Assembly: GCA_965204905.1 (NCBI GenBank)
Contig: OZ242042.1
Coordinates: forward strand, 3,382,153-3,446,152
Direction of reading: 5' to 3'
From: Dehalococcoidia bacterium
Lineage (GTDB): Bacteria; Chloroflexota; Dehalococcoidia; Lucifugimonadales; UBA3495
Length of the DNA: 64,000 nucleotides
The notes under the pieces are model-generated. The model was not told the DNA's origin. It saw only the letters and a program-made list of their open reading frames with translations, and ran no database searches. The translations under genes and the position numbers were made by a program. Positions 9,779 through 19,022 of the stretch are shown in pieces; position 1 is the first letter of the stretch; every line of letters begins with the position of its first letter.

Positions 9779-9832
9779 GTTACACAAACGTAACATTGGC
9801 GCAAAACCCGCGTAACACCCCCTCTTCATAAT
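9779..9832 (+). promoter_or_regulatory. Candidate promoter with 11-bp-periodic GTNAC boxes and a -10-like cataat
   Basis: GTTAC-N6-GTAAC-N6-GCAAA-N6-GTAAC at 9779-9816; cataat at 9827-9832. Confidence 0.45.
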
Positions 9833-9885
9833 CTGCTCCATCGAAACGGGCGCTCTCGCCCAATCACCATTGGAGACAGATTGAA

Positions 9886-10035
9886 ATGCTTGCCATAGCC
9901 GCCGGCGCCGCCTTTGTCGGATTGTTCGCTCTCTGGGTTATCGTCCCCCGGTTCATCCTGCGCCGCAACCGAAACGAACCCAACCTTATGGCAATCGTGC
10001 CCCAGGAAGAATTCGCTCCGCAGGCCGCTGATTAG
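9886..10035 (+). CDS. Small single-pass membrane peptide A (49 aa), not in the ORF track
   Basis: MLAIAAGAAFVGLFALWVIVPRFILRRNRNEPNLMAIVPQEEFAPQAAD; RBS ggag; paralogous to 10095-10256. Confidence 0.8.
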   Translation: MLAIAAGAAFVGLFALWVIVPRFILRRNRNEPNLMAIVPQEEFAPQAAD

Positions 10036-10094
10036 CAGCCAATCCCCTGCTACCTGCCAACTAACCATCCAATTACAACGGAGAAACGCCAATC

Positions 10095-10256
10095 ATGCTT
10101 CCCATCGCCGCCGCTGCCGCTTTCGTAGGACTCTTCGCGCTCTGGGTACTCGTGCCCCGGTTCTTCATCCGTCGCAAGCAGGATGAAAACACCGCCGCAG
10201 CGCCGATGCGCCACGAGGACGCGACCGCCCAGCCGGCGCCGTCCCCCGCAGACTAA
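10095..10256 (+). CDS. Small single-pass membrane peptide B (53 aa), not in the ORF track
   Basis: MLPIAAAAAFVGLFALWVLVPRFFIRRKQDENTAAAPMRHEDATAQPAPSPAD; RBS ggag; differences from peptide A in the TM segment are largely at third codon positions. Confidence 0.8.
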   Translation: MLPIAAAAAFVGLFALWVLVPRFFIRRKQDENTAAAPMRHEDATAQPAPSPAD

Positions 10257-10295
10257 GCGCAGCCGGCCCCGCGCCGGCAGACATCGAACCGGACG

Positions 10296-10325
10296 ATCCG
10301 GGGAGAATGAACTCCCCGGATTTTT
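10296..10325 (+). terminator. Rho-independent terminator
   Basis: ATCCGGGGAG-aatgaa-CTCCCCGGAT 10-bp stem followed by a T run. Confidence 0.8.
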
Positions 10326-10412
10326 CATGTCGCCTTCCGCCTTGTGCTCGCCCCTTGATTGATATAATGAACGCTACTTACGCGAGCAAAGCGAGGTGCT
10401 GAACTTACTCCT

Positions 10413-12422
10413 ATGCCACGCACCATTGTCGGTATCGACGTCGGTGGAACCTTCACCGACATTGCCATCCTGGAGGACGGACGACTTTCCGTTCACAAAC
10501 TTCCCTCAACTCCTGCCGACCCTTCCCAGGGCATCACCGCCGGCATCAGCGAAACCAGCGTTGACATCGCCGCCACCGATTTCATCCACGGGAGCACCGT
10601 CGCCACCAACGCCCTCCTAGAGGGCAAGGGCGGCCGCACCGCTCTCGTCACCACCCTCGGATTCGAGGACGTGTTGGAAATCGGACGCCAGAACCGCGCC
10701 GATCTCTACGACCTGTCCATGGAACGGCCCACGCCGCTGTCTCCCTGGCAACTGCGCTTCGGCCTCCCCGAGCGCATCGACTACACCGGCGCCATCCTCG
10801 ACGATCTCACCGCCGAATCCGTCGATGCCCTGCTGTCGCTCTTGCGGGAGGCAGAGGTCGATGGCATCGCCGTGTCGTTCCTTTTTTCCTTCCTCAACCC
10901 CATCCACGAGGAAACCCTGGCCCAACGGCTCGCTGAGCTTCCCAACAGCCCGTTCATCTCCATCTCCTCGAAAATCCTGCCCGAGTTCCGCGAGTATGAG
11001 CGCACCAGCACCGTCGTCGTCAACTCCTACGTCGGCCCGGTGATGGCCCGCTACCTCACGCAGCTGGAATCGGTGCTGGGACGCGGCCTGCGCATCATGC
11101 AGTCTTCCGGCGGCAGCATCACCGCCAGCCTGGCCGCCGAGCAGCCCGTCCGCACCATCCTCAGCGGCCCGGCCGGCGGGGTCGTCGGCGCGTTCTACAC
11201 CGGCGTCCAGGCCGGCTATCCCGACATCATCACCCTGGACATGGGCGGCACCTCCACCGACGTCTCACTGTGTCCGGGGCGCATCAAGGAGACCACCGCC
11301 GCCAACCTCGGCGGCTATCCTGTCAGCGTCCCCATGATCGAGATCCACACCGTCGGCGCCGGCGGCGGCTCCATCGCCCGCGTTGATGCCGGCGGCGCCC
11401 TCGTGGTCGGCCCGCAGTCCGCTGGCGCAGACCCCGGGCCGGCCTGCTATGGTCGCGGCGACCGCATCACCGTCACCGACGCCAACCTGACCCTGGGACG
11501 CCTGCGGCCCGACGGTTTCCTCGGTGGCCGCATGACGCTGGACCTGGAACGCTCCCAGAATCTGCTGGCCGATCTCGCCGGCGGCATCGGCGCGTCCGCC
11601 ACCGATACTGCCCTCGGCATCATCCGCGTCGTCAACTCCAACATGGAGCGCGCCATCCGCGCCATCTCTCTGGAGCGCGGTTACGATCCCCGCGAGTTCA
11701 CGCTGATTCCCTTCGGAGGCGCTGGCCCCATGCACGCCTGCGAGTTGGCCGCCGAGTTGGGCATCCCCCGCGTGCTGGTGCCCGGACACCCCGGCATCCT
11801 GTCCGCCCTGGGCGTCGCAATCGCCGACGTGGTCAAGGATTACTCGCGCACCGTCATGCTGCGCGGCGACGACCTGGACCAGGCCCGGCTCGACACCGAG
11901 TTTCGCGGCATGGAGCAACTGGCCCGCGCCGAACTGCTGGACGAGTCCCTGCCCGCCGACGACATGACGCCCCGGCGTTTTCTCGACGTGCGCTACGTGG
12001 GCCAGTCCTTCGAGCTGACGGTGGATTGCCCGTCCCTGGACGCTCCCGGCAACCTCACCGACTCCATCTCGGGAGATTTCTACGAGGCCCACCTGCAAAG
12101 GTTCGGTTACGCTGACCGCGACCTGCCCATCGAGGTGGTCAACCTCCGCCTCAAGCTGGAACTGTCGGTGGAAAAGCCGGCACTGGAACCAGCGGATTCG
12201 CAGGGCACGGATTCGTCCGCCGCCGCCATCGGTTCCGCCGAGGTCGTCTTCGCCGGCGGCCCGGTCAACACCACGCTCTACGACCGCGATCAGCTGCAAA
12301 CGGGCAATCGCATCGCCGGCCCCGCCCTGCTGCTGCAACTCGACACCACCATAGTCGTACCGCCCGGCTGGAACGGTGAAATCGACCCCTACGGCAACCT
12401 GATTCTGGAGCCGGCCCCGTGA
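10413..12422 (+). CDS. hyuA: Hydantoinase/oxoprolinase family, ATP-dependent subunit A
   Basis: GIDVGGTFTD, HGSTVATNALLE, LSGPAGGV, DMGGTSTD and GAGGGS motifs. Confidence 0.9.
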   Translation: MPRTIVGIDVGGTFTDIAILEDGRLSVHKLPSTPADPSQGITAGISETSVDIAATDFIHGSTVATNALLEGKGGRTALVTTLGFEDVLEIGRQNRADLYDLSMERPTPLSPWQLRFGLPERIDYTGAILDDLTAESVDALLSLLREAEVDGIAVSFLFSFLNPIHEETLAQRLAELPNSPFISISSKILPEFREYERTSTVVVNSYVGPVMARYLTQLESVLGRGLRIMQSSGGSITASLAAEQPVRTILSGPAGGVVGAFYTGVQAGYPDIITLDMGGTSTDVSLCPGRIKETTAANLGGYPVSVPMIEIHTVGAGGGSIARVDAGGALVVGPQSAGADPGPACYGRGDRITVTDANLTLGRLRPDGFLGGRMTLDLERSQNLLADLAGGIGASATDTALGIIRVVNSNMERAIRAISLERGYDPREFTLIPFGGAGPMHACELAAELGIPRVLVPGHPGILSALGVAIADVVKDYSRTVMLRGDDLDQARLDTEFRGMEQLARAELLDESLPADDMTPRRFLDVRYVGQSFELTVDCPSLDAPGNLTDSISGDFYEAHLQRFGYADRDLPIEVVNLRLKLELSVEKPALEPADSQGTDSSAAAIGSAEVVFAGGPVNTTLYDRDQLQTGNRIAGPALLLQLDTTIVVPPGWNGEIDPYGNLILEPAP

Positions 12423-13231
12423 CCACAACGGACATATCCCGCCTTTCCGTCCTGGCTTGCTTCGCCCACCCCGACGACGAGGGCTTTGCGTCCGGCGGCC
12501 TGCTGGCGATGCTGGCGGCCGGCGGCGCCCGCGTTACGCTGGTCTGCGCCACCAACGGCGACCTCGGCGAGATCAGCGACCCGTCCCTGGCAACTCCCGA
12601 GAACCTCTGGCAGGTGCGCAAGCAGGAACTCCGCAACGCCATGTCCATCACCGGCATCAGCGATCTGCGCTTCTTCGACTACCGCGACAGCGGGATGGCT
12701 GGCTGGGATGACAACAACCATCCCAACGCCTACTGCAACGCCGACGATGACCATGTGATCGGCCTGCTGGCCGGCATCATCGCCGAAATCAACCCCCACG
12801 TCGTGCTGACCCACGACCCCAGCGGCGGCTACGGCCATCCCGACCACAAGACCATGTGCGCCCACGCCACCGCCGCCGTGCAACGCGCCTCCGACCCCGA
12901 CGGGTTCACTCCCCTGCTCTACTACGTCTGCTTCCCTCGTGGCGTGTTCCAACGCTGGTGGCAGGAGATGCTCGACCGGGGCATCGAACCGCCCTTCGCC
13001 GTGGACGCCATAGATTCGCTGGGCACGCCCGACGACGAAGTCACCACCACCGTGGACGTGTCGCCCTACGTCGATACCAAGATCGCGTCCCTGAAGTGCC
13101 ACCGCACCCAGATCAGCGACGACGGCCCTTTCTTCCAACTGCCCCCGGACATCATGGCCGGCCTCATGGGCGCCGAATACTACCAACTGGCAGCGCCGCC
13201 GGGAGCGGTGGACCTGCTATCCACTCTATGA
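12419..13231 (+). CDS. PIG-L/LmbE family zinc deacetylase (MshB/Mca-like)
   Basis: AHPDDE and GYGHPDH Zn motifs; the GTG start overlaps the hyuA stop (GTGA). Confidence 0.88.
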   Translation: MTTTDISRLSVLACFAHPDDEGFASGGLLAMLAAGGARVTLVCATNGDLGEISDPSLATPENLWQVRKQELRNAMSITGISDLRFFDYRDSGMAGWDDNNHPNAYCNADDDHVIGLLAGIIAEINPHVVLTHDPSGGYGHPDHKTMCAHATAAVQRASDPDGFTPLLYYVCFPRGVFQRWWQEMLDRGIEPPFAVDAIDSLGTPDDEVTTTVDVSPYVDTKIASLKCHRTQISDDGPFFQLPPDIMAGLMGAEYYQLAAPPGAVDLLSTL

Positions 13232-13256
13232 CCACAAACCTTGCGAGTTAGCCACC

Positions 13257-14864
13257 ATGCCCGTTGACGCCATCAGCCTCGAAGTCTTCAAAAACATGTT
13301 CATCTCCGTATCCGAGGAGATGGGCGTGGCGCTACAGCGCACCAGCTACTCCACCAACATGAAAGAGCGGCAGGACTTCTCCTGCGCGCTGTTCAATCCC
13401 GCCGCCGAAATGGTCGCCCAGGCCGCGCACCAGCCGGTCCACCTGGGCGCGATGCCGGCGTCCGTCCAGGCCGCCCTCAGCACCTTCCCCGACGGCCTCC
13501 AATCCGGCGACATCATCATCCTCAACGACCCCTACCTCGGCGGCTCGCACCTGCCCGACATCACCCTCGTCGCCCCGGCCTATATCGATACCGACGACGG
13601 CCAGGAACTCATCGGCTACGTCAGCAACCGGGGCCATCACTCCGACGTCGGTGGCATGGCCCCCGGCTCCATGCCCCTGTCCACCGAGCTTTACCAGGAG
13701 GGCATGATCATCCCGCCCCTCAAACTCTCCGACGCCGGCCGCATCAACCAGGAACTCATTGCCCTCATCTGCCGCAACTCCCGTACCCCCGACGACCGCC
13801 AGGGCGACCTCGCCGCCCAGATCGCGTCCATCCGCGTCGGAGACATCCGACTCACCGAAATCGCCCAGCGTTACGGTCTCGCCGAAACCCACGAGCACAT
13901 GGCCGCCCTGCTCGATTACTCCGAGCGTCTCACACGCCGGCGCATCACCGAGATCCCCGACGGCACCTACCGCGTCACCGATTACATGGACGACGACGGC
14001 CAGACCGACGAGCCGGTGGCCATCAGCGTCGCCGTAACCGTTGCCGGCGACCGCCTCACCATCGACTTCACCGGCACCGCCGACCACCGACCCGGCTGCA
14101 TCAACGCGCCCCGCGCCGTCACCGTCTCCGCCAGCCTCTACGTCGTCCGCTGCGTCGTGGGCGACGAGGCGCCGGCCAACCAGGGCTGCTTGCGTCCTGT
14201 CGAAGTCATCACCCCACGCGGCAGCCTCGTTGACCCGCTGCCCCAGCGCGGCGTCGCCGGCGGCAACGTCGAGACTTCCCAGCGCATCACCGACGTGCTG
14301 CTCGCCGCCATGAGCCAGGCCCTGCCCGACAAGATTCCGGCGTCGTCCCAGGGCACCATGAACAACATGATCGTCGGCGGACACGACATCTCCCGCGACA
14401 AGCCCTACGTCTATTACGAGACCATCGGCGGCGGCATGGGCGCCCGCCCCGACAAGGACGGCGTGTCCGGCATCCACACCCACATGACCAACACCATGAA
14501 CACCCCCGTCGAGGCCCTGGAGTTCGCCTTCCCCCTGCGCCTGCGCCGCTACGCTCTGCGCCGAGGCTCAGGCGGCGACGGCCTGCACCGTGGCGGCGAC
14601 GGCCTGATCCGCGACGTCGAGTTCCTCAGCCCCGCCCGCGTCACCGTGCTGTCCGAGCGCCGTCGCTACGCGCCTCCCGGCTACCACGGCGGCCACCACG
14701 GCCACCACGGCGAGAACGTCCTGCTCAAGGGCGGCTACGAGGAGGTCCACCTGGCCGGCAAGGAGACCCTGGACGTGGAGGCCGGCGACATCCTCAGCAT
14801 CCGCACCCCGGGCGGCGGCGGGTGGGGCGCGCCCGCCAACGACGACCACAGCCACCACACATAG
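13257..14864 (+). CDS. hyuB: Hydantoinase B/oxoprolinase family subunit
   Basis: ERQDFSCA, PVHLG, NDPYLGGSHLPD, HHSDVGG, THMTNT and TPGGGGWG motifs. Confidence 0.9.
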   Translation: MPVDAISLEVFKNMFISVSEEMGVALQRTSYSTNMKERQDFSCALFNPAAEMVAQAAHQPVHLGAMPASVQAALSTFPDGLQSGDIIILNDPYLGGSHLPDITLVAPAYIDTDDGQELIGYVSNRGHHSDVGGMAPGSMPLSTELYQEGMIIPPLKLSDAGRINQELIALICRNSRTPDDRQGDLAAQIASIRVGDIRLTEIAQRYGLAETHEHMAALLDYSERLTRRRITEIPDGTYRVTDYMDDDGQTDEPVAISVAVTVAGDRLTIDFTGTADHRPGCINAPRAVTVSASLYVVRCVVGDEAPANQGCLRPVEVITPRGSLVDPLPQRGVAGGNVETSQRITDVLLAAMSQALPDKIPASSQGTMNNMIVGGHDISRDKPYVYYETIGGGMGARPDKDGVSGIHTHMTNTMNTPVEALEFAFPLRLRRYALRRGSGGDGLHRGGDGLIRDVEFLSPARVTVLSERRRYAPPGYHGGHHGHHGENVLLKGGYEEVHLAGKETLDVEAGDILSIRTPGGGGWGAPANDDHSHHT

Positions 14865-14870
14865 CAAACC

Positions 14871-15497
14871 CTAGTCCCTGGGCGCGCCCCAGCGGTCGTA
14901 GGAACAGACCTCGTTCAGCGGCAGCCGCGTAACCGGCCCGAAGTTGCCGCGCGGATAGCCGAAGGGCATGCAGTACACGATCTGCGCGGTATCGGGGATG
15001 TTGAACAGCGCGTGTACCCGCTCCTCGACTACAGCGTGCAACGTGGCGATGGTGCCGCCGATCCCGAAGGCCCGCGCCGCCAGCAGCATGTTCTGCGCCG
15101 CCGGTATCACCGAGCCGGCCGCCTGCGCGCCTTTCGACGTGGCGCAGATCAGCACCATCACCGGCGCGTCGCCGATCTCGTTGGCCAGACGCATCGCCGA
15201 GCGCATGGAACTCGGCCCGGGCGGTATGTCCTGTGGCCCCATGATGCCGGCGTCGGCCCGCTTGGCCCACCATGCTTCATGGTAAAGATCGCCAAGCTTG
15301 CGCCGCATCTCCTCGTTCTGCACCACGATGAAGTGCCAGCCCTGGTTGTTGCCGCCGTTGGGCGCGCGGATGGCGGACTGCATGATGTCCTCCATCACGT
15401 CGGCGGGAATCGGGTCGGGCCTGAAGCGGCGGATCGCCCGCTGGGTGAACATTGCCTCTCCCAACGGAATTACGTTCAGACGGTCGGCGGTGGTCAC
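14871..15497 (-). CDS. Nitroreductase family protein (the ORF track gives the wrong strand)
   Basis: The reverse complement reads ggagg..GTG ACC ACC GCC GAC...TQRAIRRF...RAPNGGNNQGWHF...YDRWGAPRD*; the + strand at 14871 is ctagtccc, the reverse complement of the stop. Confidence 0.88.
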   Translation of the reverse strand: MTTADRLNVIPLGEAMFTQRAIRRFRPDPIPADVMEDIMQSAIRAPNGGNNQGWHFIVVQNEEMRRKLGDLYHEAWWAKRADAGIMGPQDIPPGPSSMRSAMRLANEIGDAPVMVLICATSKGAQAAGSVIPAAQNMLLAARAFGIGGTIATLHAVVEERVHALFNIPDTAQIVYCMPFGYPRGNFGPVTRLPLNEVCSYDRWGAPRD

Positions 15498-15627
15498 AGT
15501 GCTACCTCCATGTAGTGGTCTTGGCAAGTTTGAACAGCGCGAGAATCTTACCATAGTGAAATGCCATCCCTTGCTATAATGGCGTGGCCGGCAACCTGCC
15601 AGCAGACCCGCGCCGCGAGGGATTGAT

Positions 15628-16437
15628 ATGAGCGAGACCAACTGCGACCCCCGCGCTCTCAAGGTAGCCCAAGCCCTGCACGAGCGGGAGCAACCCCAGG
15701 CCACCATCTTGTTCGGTTCTCGGGCCCGGGGCGACTACAATGACCGTCGCTCCGACATTGACATCATGCAAGTCAATCCCTACGAGCCGGACCCGGCGTA
15801 CAAGAACCGCGCCACCGAGTGGATTGAGGAAGTTGCCCAAGCTATCTACGGCCGGCCGGTTCCCGTCCAACTGGTCTGGTTCGCCCAGGACGAGTTCCGG
15901 GAGAACAGCCGCTACGTCAACCACGTAACCACCCAGGCCATGCTGGACGGAGTAGTAATGTCCCAAAACCCCGAGGACTACCGCAGCCGCTATGAAGACG
16001 ATTGTGAGGAAACCGAGTACGAGTACCAGTGGACGGACTATGAGAACCGCGTATTCCACGCCGAGTCGCACCTCAGAGTATTCCAAGCTTTATGCGACTT
16101 GGGAGAAAACGATTTGATGATAGGCCAACGGGCTCACTCAACGTTGGAACACGGCATGAAAGCCGTCATCGCCGCCTACGGCGGAACCCATCCCACTACC
16201 CACAACTTGGGGCAACTGCTGGGAAGCGTCCGAAGGGTGGAACGCGGCGCCGACTTGGCCGACTTTGCCCTCAGCATCTCCCCCGACATTTACTCCGAAT
16301 ATGCCGGCGACCAGGAGTACAAATTACAGCGGGACTTCCCGCCGCTCACCGAGCAGCCCGACTACCGAGAGCGTACCGTAGCCAACGCGCAGAGCCTGAT
16401 TGACCGCGCCCGCGCAATTCGTCAAAGCCACGACTGA
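15628..16437 (+). CDS. Fused minimal nucleotidyltransferase (MNT)-HEPN protein, copy 1
   Basis: ILFGSRARGDY...SDIDI MNT motif; C-terminal EHGMKAVI...THNLGQLL HEPN-type motif. Confidence 0.8.
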   Translation: MSETNCDPRALKVAQALHEREQPQATILFGSRARGDYNDRRSDIDIMQVNPYEPDPAYKNRATEWIEEVAQAIYGRPVPVQLVWFAQDEFRENSRYVNHVTTQAMLDGVVMSQNPEDYRSRYEDDCEETEYEYQWTDYENRVFHAESHLRVFQALCDLGENDLMIGQRAHSTLEHGMKAVIAAYGGTHPTTHNLGQLLGSVRRVERGADLADFALSISPDIYSEYAGDQEYKLQRDFPPLTEQPDYRERTVANAQSLIDRARAIRQSHD

Positions 16438-16449
16438 CCGGAGGCCCCT

Positions 16450-17592
16450 TTGACCCAGCAGAACATCACCGACGCCGAACAGGCTTACCGCAGCCTCGGC
16501 GTCACCCCCATCATCAACGCCTCCGGCTCAGTAACCCGGCTCGGCGGCACTCGCACCCGCCCGGAGGTGCTGGAGCAGATGGCCGGCGCATCCCGCGTCA
16601 TGGTCAACATCGACGAGCTGAACCGCAGGGCCGGCGAGGAGATTGCCCGACTGGTCGGCGCCGAGGCCGCCATGGTGTCCAGCGGAGCGGCCGGCGGACT
16701 GCTCTTACAGGCCGCGGCCTGCATCGCCGGCAGCGACCCCGCCCAGATGCACCGCCTGCCCGACACCAACGGCATGAAGAACGAGATCATCATCCAGACC
16801 ATGCACCGGTTCCCCTACGACCATGCCTACCGCGCCGCCGGCGCAAAAATCGTCGAGGTCGGCAACTACCTGTACAGCCATCCGTGGGAAATGGAAGGGG
16901 CCATCAACGAGCGCACCGCCGCCGTCGCCTACTTGTGCGCGCCTTACACCAGCCGCCGTATGCTGCCACTGGACCAGGTGTGCGAGATCGCCCACGCTCA
17001 CGACGTGCCGGTCATCGTGGACGCCGCGTCCATGCTGCCGCCCCGCGCCAACCTGCACCGCTATCTCAACGACGGCGCGGACATGGTGATATTCAGCGGA
17101 GGCAAGGGGGTGCGCGGACCCCAGGGCACCGGCATCCTGTGCGGCCGCGCCGACCTCATCGACGCCGCCCTGGCCAACGCCAGCCCTGCCCAGTTCCTCG
17201 GACGCCCCATGAAAGTTGCCAAGGAGGAGATCCTGGGTCTCGTCACCGCCCTGTCCACGTTCGTGGAGGAGGACGAGGCAGCTGAAATGGCGTTCTACCG
17301 CACCCTGGCGCAGCGGGTGGTGGACAGCCTGGTCGAGGTGCCGGGGCTGCGCGTCACCCTGGAGCACGACGGGTTCAACCACCTGATCCCTACCGCAGTG
17401 CTCAACTTTGGCGGCAACGACTGGTCGGGCCCATCGCCCCGGGAGGTCAGCGCCGCCCTCCAGCAGGGCGACCCGCCCATATTCCTGCAACAACTCGGCC
17501 CGCCCGACGAGTTGATGGTCGATCCCCTGAACCTCACCGAGGACGAGACCGACATCGTAATCCGCCGCCTCCGCGAAATCCTCACCGCGTAG
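16450..17592 (+). CDS. SelA-like PLP-dependent enzyme (DgaE-like family, not canonical SelA)
   Basis: IINASGSVTRLGG, VIVDAAS and FSGGKGVRGPQ PLP-lysine motif; TTG start with ggagg. Confidence 0.75.
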   Translation: MTQQNITDAEQAYRSLGVTPIINASGSVTRLGGTRTRPEVLEQMAGASRVMVNIDELNRRAGEEIARLVGAEAAMVSSGAAGGLLLQAAACIAGSDPAQMHRLPDTNGMKNEIIIQTMHRFPYDHAYRAAGAKIVEVGNYLYSHPWEMEGAINERTAAVAYLCAPYTSRRMLPLDQVCEIAHAHDVPVIVDAASMLPPRANLHRYLNDGADMVIFSGGKGVRGPQGTGILCGRADLIDAALANASPAQFLGRPMKVAKEEILGLVTALSTFVEEDEAAEMAFYRTLAQRVVDSLVEVPGLRVTLEHDGFNHLIPTAVLNFGGNDWSGPSPREVSAALQQGDPPIFLQQLGPPDELMVDPLNLTEDETDIVIRRLREILTA

Positions 17593-17632
17593 GGGCGACG
17601 CGCACCCTTCAGGCTCTATCGCGTACTCACTT

Positions 17633-17725
17633 TGTCATTGCGAGCGCAGCGTGGCAATCTCGTTGCAGCGAGTACCGTCGCTGCGCCAACGAGATTGCTA
17701 CGTCGCTACGCTCCTCGCAATGACA
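17633..17725. repeat. Nested palindromic MITE/REP element, TGTCATTGCGAG...CTCGCAATGACA family
   Basis: 12-bp terminal inverted repeat, inner GCAATCTCGTTG/CAACGAGATTGC and GCAGCGA/TCGCTGC stems; a left-end fragment recurs at 44756-44769. Confidence 0.85.
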
Positions 17726-17755
17726 AGTTTGTGGAAACTGGGTAAGTTTGAGAGC

Positions 17756-18778
17756 CTAGGCTGAAGCGGCAGCACCCACCGTCTCGATGATCAGCCGGGT
17801 CACAGTGTAGGGGTCGCAGTTGGCGTTGGGCCGGCGGTCTTCGATGTAGCCCTTGCCGTCCCGCGCCACCTGCCACGGAATCCGCACCGAGGCGCCCCGG
17901 TCGGACACACCGTAGCGGAATTCGCGGTAGGAGCAAGTCTCGTGCAGGCCGGTCAGCCGCTCCTCAATCCGGTCGCCGTAGTTGGCGATGTGCAGGTCGT
18001 GGCGGGTCTGGAGCGCCTCGGCGGCGGCCACGCAGGCGTCGTAGTCTTCCCGCATCCGGTTGGTGGAGAAGTTGGTGTGCGCCCCGGCGCCGTTCCAGTC
18101 GCCCTTGACGGGTTTGGGGTCCAGCGTGGCGCTGATGCCCCGGCGACCGTCAACGGTTAAAACGTCCTCGCCGATGCGGTACAGCAGCCAGCGGGCCAGC
18201 CAGAGGTGGTCGCCCACCGCCGGCGCGCCGATGGGCCCGATCTGGAATTCCCACTGGGCCGGCATGACCTCGCCGTTGATTCCGGAGAACTCCAATCCGG
18301 CGTACAGGCAGGCGTCCATGTGCTGCTCCACCACCGGCCGACCGAACACTTCGTCGGAACCCACGCCGCAGTAGTATCCGCCCTGGGGCGCGGGGAAACC
18401 GTTGTCCGGCCAGCCCAGCGGCTTGATGCCGTCAAAGAAGGTGTATTCCTGCTCGATGCCGAACCAGAAGTCGAGGGAGGCGTGCTGTTCAGCCGCCGCT
18501 GCGCAGGCCGCCCGGGTGTTGGAGGGGTGCGGCGTCATGTCGGTGAGCAGCACTTCGCACATGACCAGCTTGTGGTTGCCGCCGCGAATCGGGTCGGGAA
18601 CCGTAAGCACCGGGCTCAGCACGCAGTCCGAGTTTTCGCCGGGCGCCTGGTTGGTGCTGGAGCCGTCGAAGCCCCAGATGGGCGGCGCCTCGCCGTCAGG
18701 CACAATCTTCGCCTTGGACCGCATCTTCGCCGTCGGCTGCTGTCCGTCAATCCAAATGTATTCCGCCTTGTAACTCAT
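17756..18778 (-). CDS. glnII: Glutamine synthetase type II
   Basis: AEYIWIDG, WGFDGSST, FGIEQEY, QWEFQIG, DWNGAGAHTNFS and YIEDRRPNANCDPY; 340 aa, GSII length. Confidence 0.92.
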   Translation of the reverse strand: MSYKAEYIWIDGQQPTAKMRSKAKIVPDGEAPPIWGFDGSSTNQAPGENSDCVLSPVLTVPDPIRGGNHKLVMCEVLLTDMTPHPSNTRAACAAAAEQHASLDFWFGIEQEYTFFDGIKPLGWPDNGFPAPQGGYYCGVGSDEVFGRPVVEQHMDACLYAGLEFSGINGEVMPAQWEFQIGPIGAPAVGDHLWLARWLLYRIGEDVLTVDGRRGISATLDPKPVKGDWNGAGAHTNFSTNRMREDYDACVAAAEALQTRHDLHIANYGDRIEERLTGLHETCSYREFRYGVSDRGASVRIPWQVARDGKGYIEDRRPNANCDPYTVTRLIIETVGAAASA

Positions 18779-19022
18779 GGATCAAACCTCGAAATCCAGA
18801 TTTATTTAAGATTGTACCCCAACTTCCCTGCTAAAAGGTTTCATATTTATTTCAAACCGCGCCAAGACTCCCACGAAGCACGCAACTGCCGCGTGTCAAT
18901 CATACCGCAGCGGAAGATACGGCGTCCACCAAAGCACCATCGCGCAGCAGCGCTTCTCCCTTGCCGATTTTCCGCACGGTGGGCTATACTGATTCGCAGT
19001 TTTTTAGGCGGGCGTGAGCGTA

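Noticed and set aside
14871-15707. ORF-track entry labelled + strand
   Set aside because: The protein is only readable from the reverse complement. Annotated as a - strand nitroreductase starting at GTG 15497.
16450-17592. SelA-like gene as the Sec synthase for the nearby selenoprotein, forming a selenium cluster with SBP56
   Set aside because: At 380 aa it fits the shorter DgaE-like family rather than true SelA. No selB, selC or selD is in the window, and SBP56 is a methanethiol oxidase, so the co-location is not evidence of a selenium operon.
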